From: Candidatus Aenigmatarchaeota archaeon
GTDB taxonomy: Archaea; Aenigmatarchaeota; Aenigmatarchaeia; CG10238-14; SCSR01
Assembly (NCBI GenBank): GCA_038998335.1
Contig: JAVZHQ010000001.1
Span: 96,001-160,000, forward strand
Direction: 5' to 3'
Length of the DNA: 64,000 nt
Shown here: one piece after another, positions 38,062 to 47,928 of the stretch
Layout of the letters: the number at the start of each line of letters is the position of its first letter
Position numbering within the stretch: position 1 is the first letter of the stretch
Position numbers and translations under genes: made by a program
Notes under the pieces: model-generated
What the model was told of the DNA's origin: nothing
What the model saw: the letters and a program-made list of their open reading frames with translations, nothing else
Database searches by the model: none

Positions 38062-38966
38062 GGATTCCGCTACTTCCTTTCAAAACAGAAGTAGCTTTGA
38101 ATTTTGCAAGGAAGTTTTTTGGAGTAAGCAAAGAAATGGCAAAGTTTTTTCCTTCTTTAAGTTATGAGCTTAAGCAAGCAAAGGTTGATTTGAACCCTAG
38201 GGAATACATTGCCCTAGCAATTTTTACCGCATTTTTTTATTTTGCTCTAATGATTTTCATAACAATTTTCTTGGGGATAATTTCTAATCCTTTAAATCCT
38301 TTAGCTGCCTTTACTCCAACTTATCTTGTTACCATGCTTTCCTTAGATATAGGAATAACTTTCTTTGTTTTTTACTATGTAATTCTTTACCCAAAAATGC
38401 TCTTGATCAAGAAAATAAGGCTTTTGGAAAGGGATTTGTTGTATGCTTTAAGACATTTGCTGATTCAAGTTAGGTCAGGAGTTACTCTTTTTAACGCTAT
38501 GGTTTCTGTTGCTGCAGGAGATTATGGTTTGGTTTCAGAAGAATTTGAAGAAGCAGTAAAGGAAATAAACGCAGGAGTTTCTGAGATAGAAGCTTTGGAA
38601 AACATGTCTTTTAGGAACCCCTCTCTCTACTTTAGAAGGGTTATTTGGCAACTAGTTAATGGAATGAGAGCAGGTTCAGACATAGCAACAACTTTAAGAG
38701 AAATAGTTAATGGCTTAGCAATAGACCAAAGAATTGAGATTAGAAGGTATGGGGCTCAACTTAATCCTATGGCTTTGATGTATTTGATGACTGCAGTTAT
38801 TATTCCAACTCTAGGAATAACTTTCATAATAATTCTTTCTTCTTTCTTTGGTCTTTCATTCCTGCCCTTAGACATTTTCTTGTACCTAATTTTGGGATTC
38901 TTGATAATCTTTCAATTCATGTTTATTGGCTTGATAAAAGTTAGGAGGCCAAGCCTGGAGGTATAA
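38058..38966 (+). CDS. TadB/TadC-like T2SS F-domain protein
   Basis: LLYALRHLLIQVRSGVTLFNAM, YGLVSEEF. Confidence 0.87.
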   Translation: MRIPLLPFKTEVALNFARKFFGVSKEMAKFFPSLSYELKQAKVDLNPREYIALAIFTAFFYFALMIFITIFLGIISNPLNPLAAFTPTYLVTMLSLDIGITFFVFYYVILYPKMLLIKKIRLLERDLLYALRHLLIQVRSGVTLFNAMVSVAAGDYGLVSEEFEEAVKEINAGVSEIEALENMSFRNPSLYFRRVIWQLVNGMRAGSDIATTLREIVNGLAIDQRIEIRRYGAQLNPMALMYLMTAVIIPTLGITFIIILSSFFGLSFLPLDIFLYLILGFLIIFQFMFIGLIKVRRPSLEV

Positions 38967-38967
38967 G

Positions 38968-39966
38968 ATGATTAGCTTTGTTAAGATTTACAGGAAAATC
39001 GGAAGAGCGATGCCAAAAGGTTATAGAGAATATCTAGAAAGAAAGCTTGTTTGTTGTGGAATTCCAACTAGCGTTGATATTTTTATCGGCTTTACTTTAT
39101 TGCTAGAAATTTTCCTCAGCTTCATAATAAGCCTTTCACTGTTTTTAATAGGTTTTATCAATTTTCTCTACTTTATAGTTGCTTTTCTTGGTTTTCTCTG
39201 TGTTTTTGTTTTGGTTGAGCATGCTATTCTAATTCTAATAGCTGATAGGAAAGCTTCCTTTGTTGATGAAATTTTACCAGATGCCTTGCAACTAATGGCA
39301 GCAAACATTAGAGCAGGAATTACTCCTGATCGAGCTTTGCTTCTTGCTGCAAGGCCCGAGTTTGGGCCCCTAGAAATAGAAATAAAAAGAGCGGCAAAGG
39401 AAGCTTTAACAGGAAGAACCATAGAGGACGCTTTGCTTGAAATTCCTAAGAGGATTGAGTCGAAAATGCTTAACAGAGCTATAAAGCTTATAGTTGAAGG
39501 CTTGCGTTCAGGAGGAGAACTAGCTACTTTGCTTGATGAAACTGCAAACGATGCAAGACAAACTCAATCTTTAAGAAAAGAAGTTAGAGCAAATGTTGCT
39601 ATGTACGGAATGTTTATTTTATTTGCTGTAGCAATTGGTGCTCCTTTGCTTTATGCAATTTCAACTCATTTAGTAGAAATGATAATAAAAGTTAGCGCAG
39701 GAATAGAGATGCCCGAAACTTCTGCAGTAGGAGGATTAAGCATAATTAAATTTGCTGCTCCTTCTATCGATCCTCAATTTATCTTTAACTTTTCCATAGC
39801 AGCTATTATCATAACAACAACTTTTGGAGGAATAATTATTGGTTTAATAGAGGCAGGAAAGGAAAAGGCAGGAATAAAATTTGTTTTTGCTTTAATCGCA
39901 GTAGGGCTTTTGGTTTTTATTGGAGCAAGGCTTTTGCTTGCGAGCATGTTTTTCTTGCCAGCATAA
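38968..39966 (+). CDS. TadC-like T2SS F-domain protein
   Basis: LPDALQLMAANIRAG, EFGPL, SGGELATLL. Confidence 0.87.
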   Translation: MISFVKIYRKIGRAMPKGYREYLERKLVCCGIPTSVDIFIGFTLLLEIFLSFIISLSLFLIGFINFLYFIVAFLGFLCVFVLVEHAILILIADRKASFVDEILPDALQLMAANIRAGITPDRALLLAARPEFGPLEIEIKRAAKEALTGRTIEDALLEIPKRIESKMLNRAIKLIVEGLRSGGELATLLDETANDARQTQSLRKEVRANVAMYGMFILFAVAIGAPLLYAISTHLVEMIIKVSAGIEMPETSAVGGLSIIKFAAPSIDPQFIFNFSIAAIIITTTFGGIIIGLIEAGKEKAGIKFVFALIAVGLLVFIGARLLLASMFFLPA

Positions 39967-40008
39967 AGCTTATATTTAAAGAAAAAGAAATTCAATTTTA
40001 GTGAGAAA

Positions 40009-40515
40009 ATGAGGAAAGGACAAACTGCTTTGGAGTATTTGATGACTTATGGATGGGCAATCCTAATAGTGATAATCGTAGTAGCTGCTTTGTATGCTCT
40101 AGGGCTAACAAAGCCTTGCAGATGGACAGGAACACAAGTAACTGTTCCAGGAGGTTTTTCAACTGATAGAGCATATATAAAAGTAACAAATCAAGATGCA
40201 GACGGTGATGGCGCAGTAGATGATAACAAATTACAGATGAAATTAACAAATGGTTTGCCTGACGCCCTAACAGATTTGGATCTTACGTTCAAAATGACAC
40301 CTTCTGGTGTGCAAACTGTAAGTAACGATTTGGTGACTTCTGCAGATCCGCTTGAATCAGGAGAAACATTAACTTTACAGGTGAACTTCTTAAATGGGTA
40401 CGTCTCTGTGGGAGATTGTTACACTATTGATATAACAGGGACCTATACATCGGGTGGGGCAACTCATGACTTTACAGCCAGAATTACAGGAGTAGTAGAG
40501 TCAGGAACAATTTAA
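40009..40515 (+). CDS. Probable major type IV pilin
   Basis: MRKG/QTALEYLMTYGWAILIVIIV; T-rich terminator-like run downstream. Confidence 0.85.
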   Translation: MRKGQTALEYLMTYGWAILIVIIVVAALYALGLTKPCRWTGTQVTVPGGFSTDRAYIKVTNQDADGDGAVDDNKLQMKLTNGLPDALTDLDLTFKMTPSGVQTVSNDLVTSADPLESGETLTLQVNFLNGYVSVGDCYTIDITGTYTSGGATHDFTARITGVVESGTI

Positions 40516-40605
40516 AACAATTAAACCTTTAATGTGAAATAATTTGCTAAATTTTTTTCTTTTTTTCTTTAAATTTATTAACCCAAAAAACTAAATTTTA
40601 TTTTA

Positions 40606-41331
40606 ATGAAGAAAAAGATGAAAAAAGTTTCTGAAAAACCAAAAGAGGAAGGAAAACCTGAAAGGGTAGAAACGGGAATTCCTGGTTTGGATAGACTAAT
40701 AGAAGGAGGTTTTGTTAAAGGCTCAGCAGTTTTGATAGCAGGAGAAACAGGAACAGGAAAAACGATTTTTTGTACTCAATACATTTGGCATGGCTTACAA
40801 AAGGGTGAAAATGTAGTTTACATAACCTTGGAAGAGCCAGCAGAAGATATAATCTCGCAAGCTTTACAGTTTGGGATGGACTTCAGGCCTTACATTCAAC
40901 AAGGAAGATGTATAATAGAGTATGTTTTTCCTAAATCTTGTGACGATTTGGATTATGAAATTTTTAAGAGGATAAAGGAAGTAAACGCTACTCGTTTTGT
41001 TCTAGATGGTTTAAGCTTAGTAGCTTTTGCAGCAAAGGCTTCTGACCCTACTGAGCTAAGGGCAAAGGTTTTCGAGCTAATAATGAGGTTAAAACAGTAT
41101 GGAGTAACAAGCTTGATAGTTGGAGAGATACCAGAAGCAACAAAAGCCTTATCGCGATTTGGTTTTGAAGAGTTTATAGTAGATGCGGTAATAGTTTTGC
41201 ATTATTTGGAATTTACAGGAGGAGGAACACCAAGAAGCTTACTTATAAGAAAGATGCGTCACACTAAGCATGGAACTGACATCTATCCCATAGAAATTAC
41301 TAATAAAGGAATTGTTGTTAAGAAAGAATAG
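40606..41331 (+). CDS. KaiC/RAD55-like RecA-superfamily ATPase
   Basis: TGIPGLD, GETGTGKT, YITLEE, IRKMRHTKH. Confidence 0.88.
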   Translation: MKKKMKKVSEKPKEEGKPERVETGIPGLDRLIEGGFVKGSAVLIAGETGTGKTIFCTQYIWHGLQKGENVVYITLEEPAEDIISQALQFGMDFRPYIQQGRCIIEYVFPKSCDDLDYEIFKRIKEVNATRFVLDGLSLVAFAAKASDPTELRAKVFELIMRLKQYGVTSLIVGEIPEATKALSRFGFEEFIVDAVIVLHYLEFTGGGTPRSLLIRKMRHTKHGTDIYPIEITNKGIVVKKE

Positions 41332-41362
41332 TTTTTTAAAATTTATTCTTTATTTTAAAAGT

Positions 41363-41617
41363 ATGAGAAGTTTTGAGGAAATAAAGAAGGATTTGGATTA
41401 CGTGAGGAATTGGGAAAGTCTGATTTCTTCTCTTCTGGCTGGTAACATAGCTTATTCTTTGTTTAGGGAGTTTTTGGAAGGTAGAAGCGAAGCTCAGGAA
41501 AAAATAAGGTCTTTAACGCTAGATTATTTGGGCAAGATTTCTGAGCTTAGAAAAGAATATGAAAAAGAGATGGAGGAGCTTTTAAGAGGATATAAAGAAG
41601 GGAAAAAAATGGAATAA
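41363..41617 (+). CDS. Hypothetical protein
   Basis: ORF; probable start MRSFEE. Confidence 0.5.
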   Translation: MRSFEEIKKDLDYVRNWESLISSLLAGNIAYSLFREFLEGRSEAQEKIRSLTLDYLGKISELRKEYEKEMEELLRGYKEGKKME

Positions 41618-41666
41618 TTTTGAGTTTTTTCAAGTACTTAAATACTTTTTCTTTTATTTTTTCTTT

Positions 41667-41903
41667 GTGGAAGAAGAAAAAAGATACTTAAATTTTACAA
41701 AAGTTTTGATGGAAAAATTTTTTAAAGAGGCAGAAGGAAAAGAGTACTTGGATTCTTTTATCAAAGGCTTAAAGTTCGGAATAAAGCTAGCAGAAGGAAA
41801 AGAAAAAGATTTTGCTTTTTGTTATGGAGCTATTCTAGGCTATTTATTAGGAAAAAAGAAATTTGGAGAGAATAAAAATTATGAAAATTTAAACGAAAGT
41901 TAG
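41667..41903 (+). CDS. Hypothetical protein
   Basis: ORF with host-like composition. Confidence 0.45.
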   Translation: MEEEKRYLNFTKVLMEKFFKEAEGKEYLDSFIKGLKFGIKLAEGKEKDFAFCYGAILGYLLGKKKFGENKNYENLNES

Positions 41904-41931
41904 CATTTAAAAGTATAAATAAGGATTTTTG

Positions 41932-41947
41932 TGTTAGACGTCTAACA
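41932..41947. repeat. Palindrome TGTTAGACGTCTAACA, copy 1
   Basis: Exact 16-bp palindrome, intergenic. Confidence 0.95.
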
Positions 41948-42017
41948 AAAAACCAACTTTCTAAAATTTCCCTAAGGGAAACAAAAAATATATATTTTTG
42001 TTTCCTATATTTCTTTT

Positions 42018-43295
42018 ATGCTAAGAGAGGTTTTACTAGAGTGGAAAGAGAAAGAACTACCGCAAGATATAATCGAGAGAGATTTAAAGGTATGGATAAA
42101 CAAGCACATAGTTTCCCTTATAGGACCAAGAAGAGCCGGTAAAACCTATTTTATGTTCCAGCTAATAAAAGAGCTTTTTGAAAAGAATAATTCCAAAGAT
42201 AATGTTGTTTACATAGATTTTACCGACCCAAGAGTAAGAAAAATTGGTGTTTCTGAGTTTTTAAAGGAAGTAAATTCACTGTTTAAAAATCAAGTTTTTC
42301 TTTTCTTGGACGAAATTCAAGAGTTAGAAGAATGGTCTTTGTTCGTTAGAACTTTGTACAATTTCCAAAAATATAAAATAATAATTTCTGGTTCTTCTTC
42401 AAAACTTTTAAGCAGAGAGATTTCAACCGAGCTAAGAGGAAGGTGTATTCCTTATATAATTTTTCCTTTTACCTTTAAAGAGTTTCTTAAGCTAAAAAAG
42501 TTTGTAGTTAGGGAAGAAATTTCTAAGGCAAAGGTTGGTGAAATTTTAATGCTTTTGAAAGAATTTCTTGATTTTGGAGGGTATCCTGAAATTCTTCTTG
42601 CTGACGAGAAAAACAAGAAAATTGAAATAGCAAGAACCTATTTTACTACCGTATTTTTTAAGGATTTGATAGAAAGGTTTAAAATAAAAAATGTTGCACT
42701 TATGGATTATTTTGTTAGGTATTGCATAGCAAACTCTTCCTCCTATATTTCATTAACAAAAATTGAAAAAGAATTGAAATCGATTGGCTTGAAAGTTAGC
42801 AAAAAAACCTTAGCGAATTATTTAAAGTATGTGGAAGAGGCTTTGTTCCTTTTTCCGATAAAAAGATTTTCTTTAAAGTACAGAGAAAGAGCAAAGTATC
42901 CTGCAAAGATTTATTTGGTAGATAATGTTTACTTTGCGATTGAACCAAGGTTTTCAAAAGATTTTGGGAAAAAAATGGAAAACTTGGTAGCTATTTCTCT
43001 TTTGAGAAAAAAGTTTGAAGGAAAAGTTGATGAAATTTTTTACTTCAAATCGAACGATTTTGAGGTAGATTTTGCTGTGAAAAAAGGTTTAAAAATCAAT
43101 CAACTAATTCAAGTTACCTATGCTTCTAGTAAAGATGAGGTTGAGAAAAGGGAAATTAGGTCTTTAATAAAGGCAAGCAAAGAACTTAAATGTAAAGATT
43201 TGCTAGTAATAACCTGGGATTATGAAGATCAATTAAAAATAAAAAACAAAAAAATTGTTTTCAAACCTTTGTGGAAATGGCTGCTAGAAAGTTAG
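42018..43295 (+). CDS. AAA+ ATPase (AAA_14 + DUF4143) with C-terminal nuclease-like domain
   Basis: GPRRAGKT, LFLDEIQ, ISGSSS, GGYPE, KIYLVD, EVDF...IQV. Confidence 0.88.
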   Translation: MLREVLLEWKEKELPQDIIERDLKVWINKHIVSLIGPRRAGKTYFMFQLIKELFEKNNSKDNVVYIDFTDPRVRKIGVSEFLKEVNSLFKNQVFLFLDEIQELEEWSLFVRTLYNFQKYKIIISGSSSKLLSREISTELRGRCIPYIIFPFTFKEFLKLKKFVVREEISKAKVGEILMLLKEFLDFGGYPEILLADEKNKKIEIARTYFTTVFFKDLIERFKIKNVALMDYFVRYCIANSSSYISLTKIEKELKSIGLKVSKKTLANYLKYVEEALFLFPIKRFSLKYRERAKYPAKIYLVDNVYFAIEPRFSKDFGKKMENLVAISLLRKKFEGKVDEIFYFKSNDFEVDFAVKKGLKINQLIQVTYASSKDEVEKREIRSLIKASKELKCKDLLVITWDYEDQLKIKNKKIVFKPLWKWLLES

Positions 43296-43300
43296 TTTAG

Positions 43301-43324
43301 AAATTGTTAGACGTCTAACAATTT
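43301..43324. repeat. Palindrome copy 2, extended to 24 bp (AAAT-TGTTAGACGTCTAACA-ATTT)
   Basis: Exact palindrome just downstream of the ATPase stop codon. Confidence 0.95.
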
Positions 43325-43424
43325 TAAAGCATTTCTTTCAAGTTTTTCTGTTTAGTCTAAAATTTTTCTTTTACAAAAGAGATAAAATTTAAATATTTTG
43401 CTTATGAGAGATTATTAGAAAAAC

Positions 43425-43634
43425 ATGGCGTTAAGAGTTAAGAAAGGGGAAGAATATAAAATTCACAGAATAGCAGAAGCGATAGAGCAAGGAAAGGTAG
43501 AAGGTGTTTCGAGAAAAGATTTTAGGGAAATAACAGACCCAGAACTTCTAGCTCTTTATGAAATAGCTGAAATGGTTTATTCCTTTAAAAAAGCTTTAGA
43601 ATACTTGAAGGATTTTCTTGAGTCTAAGGAATAA
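43425..43634 (+). CDS. Hypothetical protein
   Basis: 69 aa ORF with upstream TATA-like sequence. Confidence 0.5.
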   Translation: MALRVKKGEEYKIHRIAEAIEQGKVEGVSRKDFREITDPELLALYEIAEMVYSFKKALEYLKDFLESKE

Positions 43635-43691
43635 ATTTTGCTGATTTTCTTAACCACAAACTTTTTAAAAAAGTTTGTGAATATAAATTAT

Positions 43692-44990
43692 ATGGAAACA
43701 GAGGAGATTAAAAGAGTTATAGTGTCTCAGAAAGAGGAAATGGAAGAAAAGTTTGAAAGAGGGGAAATAATAGAAAGAGAAGTGGAAGTAAAAAAGCTGA
43801 GAAATTTTCTTGTTCGTCCTAACATTTTAGTTATTCTAGGGGTAAGAAGATGCGGAAAATCTATATTTTCTTGGCAAATTTTCAGAGATGGCAAGTTTGG
43901 TAGTATTAATTTTGACGATGAAAGATTGGTTGGGATTGAAGCAAAAGATTTGGATAAAATTCTTCAAGCTTTTTACGAGCTTTACGGAAGGGTAGATAGA
44001 ATTATTCTTGATGAACCTCAAAACGTAGAAAATTGGGAGTTGTTTGTTAATAGGTTAAGAAGAAGTAAAAAAGTTATAGTTACTGGTAGCAACTCAAAAC
44101 TTCTTGCAGGTGACTTAGCAACTCACTTAACAGGAAGATATGTAGATTTCACTCTCATGCCTTTTAGTTTTAGAGAATTTTTAAAATACAAAAAAGTTGA
44201 AATGAAAAAAGAAGATTTTTATTCAACAGTGAAAGTAGCAGAGATAAAGAGGCTTCTTGAAAATTATGTGAGGCTTGGAGGGTTGCCAGAAGTCTTTACT
44301 TTCGGCAAAGAAATTCTTGTTAGGATTTATGGAGATATTATAGAAAAAGATGTGCTAAGAAGGTTTAAAATAAAGAGAAAGGATACTTTTAAACAGTTTG
44401 CAAAGTATCTAGTTTCCAACATAGCTTCTGAGTTTACAATGAGAAGACTTTCATCTACTTTTGAAGTAAGGGATTCGCATACTTTAAAAAATTGGATCGA
44501 TGCCTTAGAAAATTCTTATTTGTTTTTTATTCTAGAAAGATATTCTCCCAAACTAAAAGAGCAAATTATTGCACCAAAAAAAATTTATTGTGTGGATACA
44601 GGAATAGTTAATGCTGTTTCTTTCAGAACTTCTGAAAATTTCGGTAAACTGATGGAGAATTTGGTTGGGGTTGAACTGGTTAGGAGAAAAAACTATTGGT
44701 ATAAAAACTTGGAAATTTTCTACTGGAAAGACTATCAGCAGAATGAAGTTGATTTTGTTTTAAAAGAGGGATTAAAAGTTAAACAATTAATTCAAGTTAC
44801 CTATGCTTCTAGTAAAGATGAGGTTGAGAAGAGGGAAATTAAGTCTTTGGTTAAAGCTTCCGATTTACTTAAATGTAAGGATTTGTTGGTAATAACCTGG
44901 GATTACGAAGGTCAACAAAAGATAAAAAACAAAAAAATTGTTTTCAAACCTTTGTGGAAGTGGCTATTGATTGACTTTTTTTATTGTTAG
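43692..44990 (+). CDS. AAA+ ATPase (AAA_14 + DUF4143)
   Basis: GVRRCGKS, INFDDERL, ILDEPQ, TGSNS, GGLPE, KIYCVDTG, EVDF; probable start METEE. Confidence 0.88.
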   Translation: METEEIKRVIVSQKEEMEEKFERGEIIEREVEVKKLRNFLVRPNILVILGVRRCGKSIFSWQIFRDGKFGSINFDDERLVGIEAKDLDKILQAFYELYGRVDRIILDEPQNVENWELFVNRLRRSKKVIVTGSNSKLLAGDLATHLTGRYVDFTLMPFSFREFLKYKKVEMKKEDFYSTVKVAEIKRLLENYVRLGGLPEVFTFGKEILVRIYGDIIEKDVLRRFKIKRKDTFKQFAKYLVSNIASEFTMRRLSSTFEVRDSHTLKNWIDALENSYLFFILERYSPKLKEQIIAPKKIYCVDTGIVNAVSFRTSENFGKLMENLVGVELVRRKNYWYKNLEIFYWKDYQQNEVDFVLKEGLKVKQLIQVTYASSKDEVEKREIKSLVKASDLLKCKDLLVITWDYEGQQKIKNKKIVFKPLWKWLLIDFFYC

Positions 44991-45000
44991 ACGTCTAACA
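44985..45000. repeat. Palindrome copy 3
   Basis: Exact; supplies the TAG stop of the second ATPase. Confidence 0.95.
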
Positions 45001-45048
45001 AAAGAAAATATTTGAGCAACCTTTAATTAATTGAAATTAAGGTAAAAC

Positions 45049-46329
45049 ATGCTTGACATTAAATTGATAAGAGAGAAGCCAGAGTTTGTAAGGAAAAATT
45101 TGGAAAAGAGGCAAGACCCGGAAAAATTGAAAATGTTCGAAAGACTTTTAGAGCTTGACAAGAAATTGCGCAGCCTCAAAACAGAAATGAACAAACTGAG
45201 AAACAGAAGGAACAAACTTACTTTAGAAATTTCAAGGTTGAAGAAAGAAAACAAGGATACAAGCAAAATCTTAAACGAAGCTAAGAAAATCCACGATGAA
45301 ATAAAAAGAATGGAAGAAGAGTCGAGCAGACTGGAAAAAGAAGTAAGGGATATTTTGCTCAGGCTACCGAACATTTTGCACGATTCTGTACCTTTTGGTA
45401 AAGATGAAAACGATAACGTTGAAATAAGAAGAGTTGGTTCCCCACCAAAGTTTAACTTTAAACCAAAAAATCATCTAGAAATTGCTTTAGAGTTGGGTTT
45501 GGTAGATCAAGAAAGGGCAGCAAAAGTTGCTGGGGCAGGCTTTTTCTACTTTAAAAAAGAATTGGTTTTGCTCGATCTAGCTATTCAAAAGTTTGCTCTA
45601 GATTTTATGATAAAAAAAGGCTATATTCCTGTAGAGCCTCCTTTCATGATAAACAGAAAAGCTTACGAAGGAATGATAGACCCAAGCGACTTTGAAATGG
45701 TAACTTACAAAATAGAGAATGAAGATTTATACTTGATAGCAACTTCTGAGCATCCTATAGGAGCAATGTTTATGAATGAAATTTTAAATAAAAAAGACTT
45801 GCCTTTGAAGTTTGTTGGAATAAGCCCATGTTTTAGAAAAGAAATAGGCACGCATGGAAAATACACGAAAGGATTTTTCAGGATGCATCAGTTTAACAAG
45901 GTTGAGCAATTCATTTTTTGCTTGCCAGAAGATTCCTGGAATTTGCACGAAGAGCTGCAAAGAAATTGTGAGGAGCTCTATCAAGCTTTAGGTTTGCATT
46001 ACCGTGTAGTAAACGTTTGCACAGGAGATATAGGAACAGTAGCGGCAAAAAAGTACGATACAGAGGTTTGGATGGTTGACGGAAAGTTTAGGGAAATAGG
46101 CTCAAACTCTAATTGCACAGATTATCAAGCAAGAAGGCTTAACATTAGGTTTAGAGAAAAGGAAGGAGAAAAGCCAAAAGGTTTTGTCCATACTTTAAAC
46201 TCTACTGCCTTAGCGACAAGCAGAACCATGCTAGCTATTCTTGAACACTTCCAGCAAGAAGACGGGAGCGTGAAAATCCCAAAAGTTTTGGTTCCTTACA
46301 TGAACGGAATTGAGGTTTTGGGTGAATGA
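45049..46329 (+). CDS. serS: Seryl-tRNA synthetase
   Basis: MLDIKLIRE, YLIATSEHP, CFRKEIG..G..RMHQFNKVEQF, SNCTDYQARR, HTLNSTA. Confidence 0.97.
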   Translation: MLDIKLIREKPEFVRKNLEKRQDPEKLKMFERLLELDKKLRSLKTEMNKLRNRRNKLTLEISRLKKENKDTSKILNEAKKIHDEIKRMEEESSRLEKEVRDILLRLPNILHDSVPFGKDENDNVEIRRVGSPPKFNFKPKNHLEIALELGLVDQERAAKVAGAGFFYFKKELVLLDLAIQKFALDFMIKKGYIPVEPPFMINRKAYEGMIDPSDFEMVTYKIENEDLYLIATSEHPIGAMFMNEILNKKDLPLKFVGISPCFRKEIGTHGKYTKGFFRMHQFNKVEQFIFCLPEDSWNLHEELQRNCEELYQALGLHYRVVNVCTGDIGTVAAKKYDTEVWMVDGKFREIGSNSNCTDYQARRLNIRFREKEGEKPKGFVHTLNSTALATSRTMLAILEHFQQEDGSVKIPKVLVPYMNGIEVLGE

Positions 46330-46340
46330 GTTTTTTATAC

Positions 46341-46355
46341 GTTAGACGTCTAACA
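46341..46355. repeat. Palindrome copy 4 (15/16)
   Basis: GTTAGACGTCTAACA followed by ATTTTAAAGC as after copy 2. Confidence 0.9.
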
Positions 46356-46360
46356 ATTTT

Positions 46361-46486
46361 AAAGCTTCCTCCTTGCTTAAATGCAAAGATTTGCTAGTAA
46401 TAACCTGGGATTATGAAGATCAATTAAAAATAGAAAACAAAAAAATTGTTTTCAAACCTTTGTGGAAGTGGTTGCTAGAAGTTTAG
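46361..46486 (+). pseudogene. Orphan 3'-terminal fragment of the DUF4143 ATPase
   Basis: Near-identical to about 43185-43295 (LKCKDLLVITWDYEDQLKIENKKIVFKPLWKWLLEV*), no start. Confidence 0.85.
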
Positions 46487-46546
46487 TTTTTTTAAAAATG
46501 GTTTATTCTTCCAAAAAAGTTACAGGATGGTAGCAATTTTTTTCTA

Positions 46547-46562
46547 TGTTAGACGTCTAACA
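46547..46562. repeat. Palindrome copy 5
   Basis: Exact. Confidence 0.95.
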
Positions 46563-46574
46563 TTAACAACCTTT

Positions 46575-47165
46575 TCATTTTCTCAAACTTTCTATCAATT
46601 CTTTCATCTTTAGGCTAGAGCGACTAAACCTTAGAATGAGCATGGAAAAAAGAGCTAAAAAAACAGAAAGCTCCCTTATTCTCAAGACTCCAGAAATTCT
46701 TTTCCAGCTTGGTCTGTCAAACTCGCTTAAAGGAATTAGCTTTTCCGTATCCTTTCCAAAAGTTGGATCTACAACTTTCCATTCATTGTTTAAGTAAACT
46801 TCAGCAGCTATATGTCCAACTTTTTTTGGAAAATCCTTTACCTTAGCGTTAAGCTCGCATCTAAGTATTAAAAGATACCTTGCAGGAATTCCAACAGCTC
46901 TGCAAAGAGCTATGAAGAGATTAGCTTTATCTGCACATACTCCATGCATAGGGTTTCTTTTTAGCGTTTCCTTAGCACCAACTATCTCTTCTACTTTCCA
47001 AGCAACATTATCCCTTACCCAATAAAAAAATGCTCTAGCAGCTTCTTCAGGAGTTTTTTTATCTTTTGCTAAAGCTTGGGCTAGCTCTTTTATTTCTGGC
47101 AGGTTAGATTCGCACAAAAAAGTTGGTTCGCAATATTTTTCATAACCTTTTGGAGGTTCAAACAT
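46575..47165 (-). CDS. Transglutaminase-like protein
   Basis: GVCADKANLFIALCRAVGIPAR, HIAAEVY, VDPT (Cys-His-Asp); probable start MFEPP. Confidence 0.88.
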   Translation of the reverse strand: MFEPPKGYEKYCEPTFLCESNLPEIKELAQALAKDKKTPEEAARAFFYWVRDNVAWKVEEIVGAKETLKRNPMHGVCADKANLFIALCRAVGIPARYLLILRCELNAKVKDFPKKVGHIAAEVYLNNEWKVVDPTFGKDTEKLIPLSEFDRPSWKRISGVLRIRELSVFLALFSMLILRFSRSSLKMKELIESLRK

Positions 47166-47193
47166 ATAATTAATTTGTTTGTTAAAAGATAAA

Positions 47194-47207
47194 TTGGAAT
47201 ATTCCAA
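47194..47207. promoter_or_regulatory. Palindromic operator TTGGAATATTCCAA
   Basis: Same palindrome as in the wHTH gene promoter; about 30 nt upstream of the transglutaminase ATG. Confidence 0.6.
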
Positions 47208-47214
47208 AAGTTTT

Positions 47215-47928
47215 TTAAATTTTTTCGCTAGTTGTTAGCAAGGTACTATGAGAATAATAAGTTGTTTTTGTGTTAAGGATCTTGAAGTTGTTTTCCTCAA
47301 GAAGTTTCTCTACATAAGTTTTAGAATAAGGGGTAAGGTTGACTTTTAATTTCATGGGAATGTTCATCAAGCCAACAACTACGCAGAAAGGAAGGGATAA
47401 AATCGTTTGTTTTGGTTTTTCTTTTAAGGAATACTTAAAGCCGCTTTTTCCCTTAGAGTATTCTACTTCACTTGTGTAGACTAAGCTTAGCCTTCCTCCC
47501 TTTCTTAAAATTCTCCTCGCTTCTCTTACAAAATTTTGTAAAGAGCTTGGGCTTAAGTAGTTTATAAAGTTAACAGCAGCGATTCCGTCAAAGTAGTTAT
47601 CATTAAAAGGAAGCTTTTCTTCAAAATAGTACTTGTAAAGCTTGACGTTAGCGTTTGAATTTTTAATTTTTTTTGAGGCAATTTTAAGCGCTTGCTCTGA
47701 AGCATCTATACCCCAAACCTCAATTTCCTTAGAATTTTTAACTAGATATTGAATCAAATTTCCTGTTCCACAACCAACGTCAAGAAATTTCTTTCCTTTA
47801 CTAAAGTTTAAGCTTTCAGCAGTATCTCTTATCATTTTTTTGTATGGAGCAAAGTTGTTTAGGGAGTCGTAAAAAAATGGATAGATTTCCCAGAGCAAAT
47901 CAGTTAAGCTAGCTGGCATAGAGCTCAC
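47215..47928 (-). CDS. Class I SAM-dependent methyltransferase
   Basis: FLDVGCGTG, GIDAS, LPFNDNYFD. Confidence 0.88.
   Translation of the reverse strand: MSSMPASLTDLLWEIYPFFYDSLNNFAPYKKMIRDTAESLNFSKGKKFLDVGCGTGNLIQYLVKNSKEIEVWGIDASEQALKIASKKIKNSNANVKLYKYYFEEKLPFNDNYFDGIAAVNFINYLSPSSLQNFVREARRILRKGGRLSLVYTSEVEYSKGKSGFKYSLKEKPKQTILSLPFCVVVGLMNIPMKLKVNLTPYSKTYVEKLLEENNFKILNTKTTYYSHSTLLTTSEKI

Noticed and set aside
43185-46486. ATPase tail repeats as a DGR template/variable repeat pair
   Set aside because: Differences are not confined to adenines and no reverse transcriptase is present in the window
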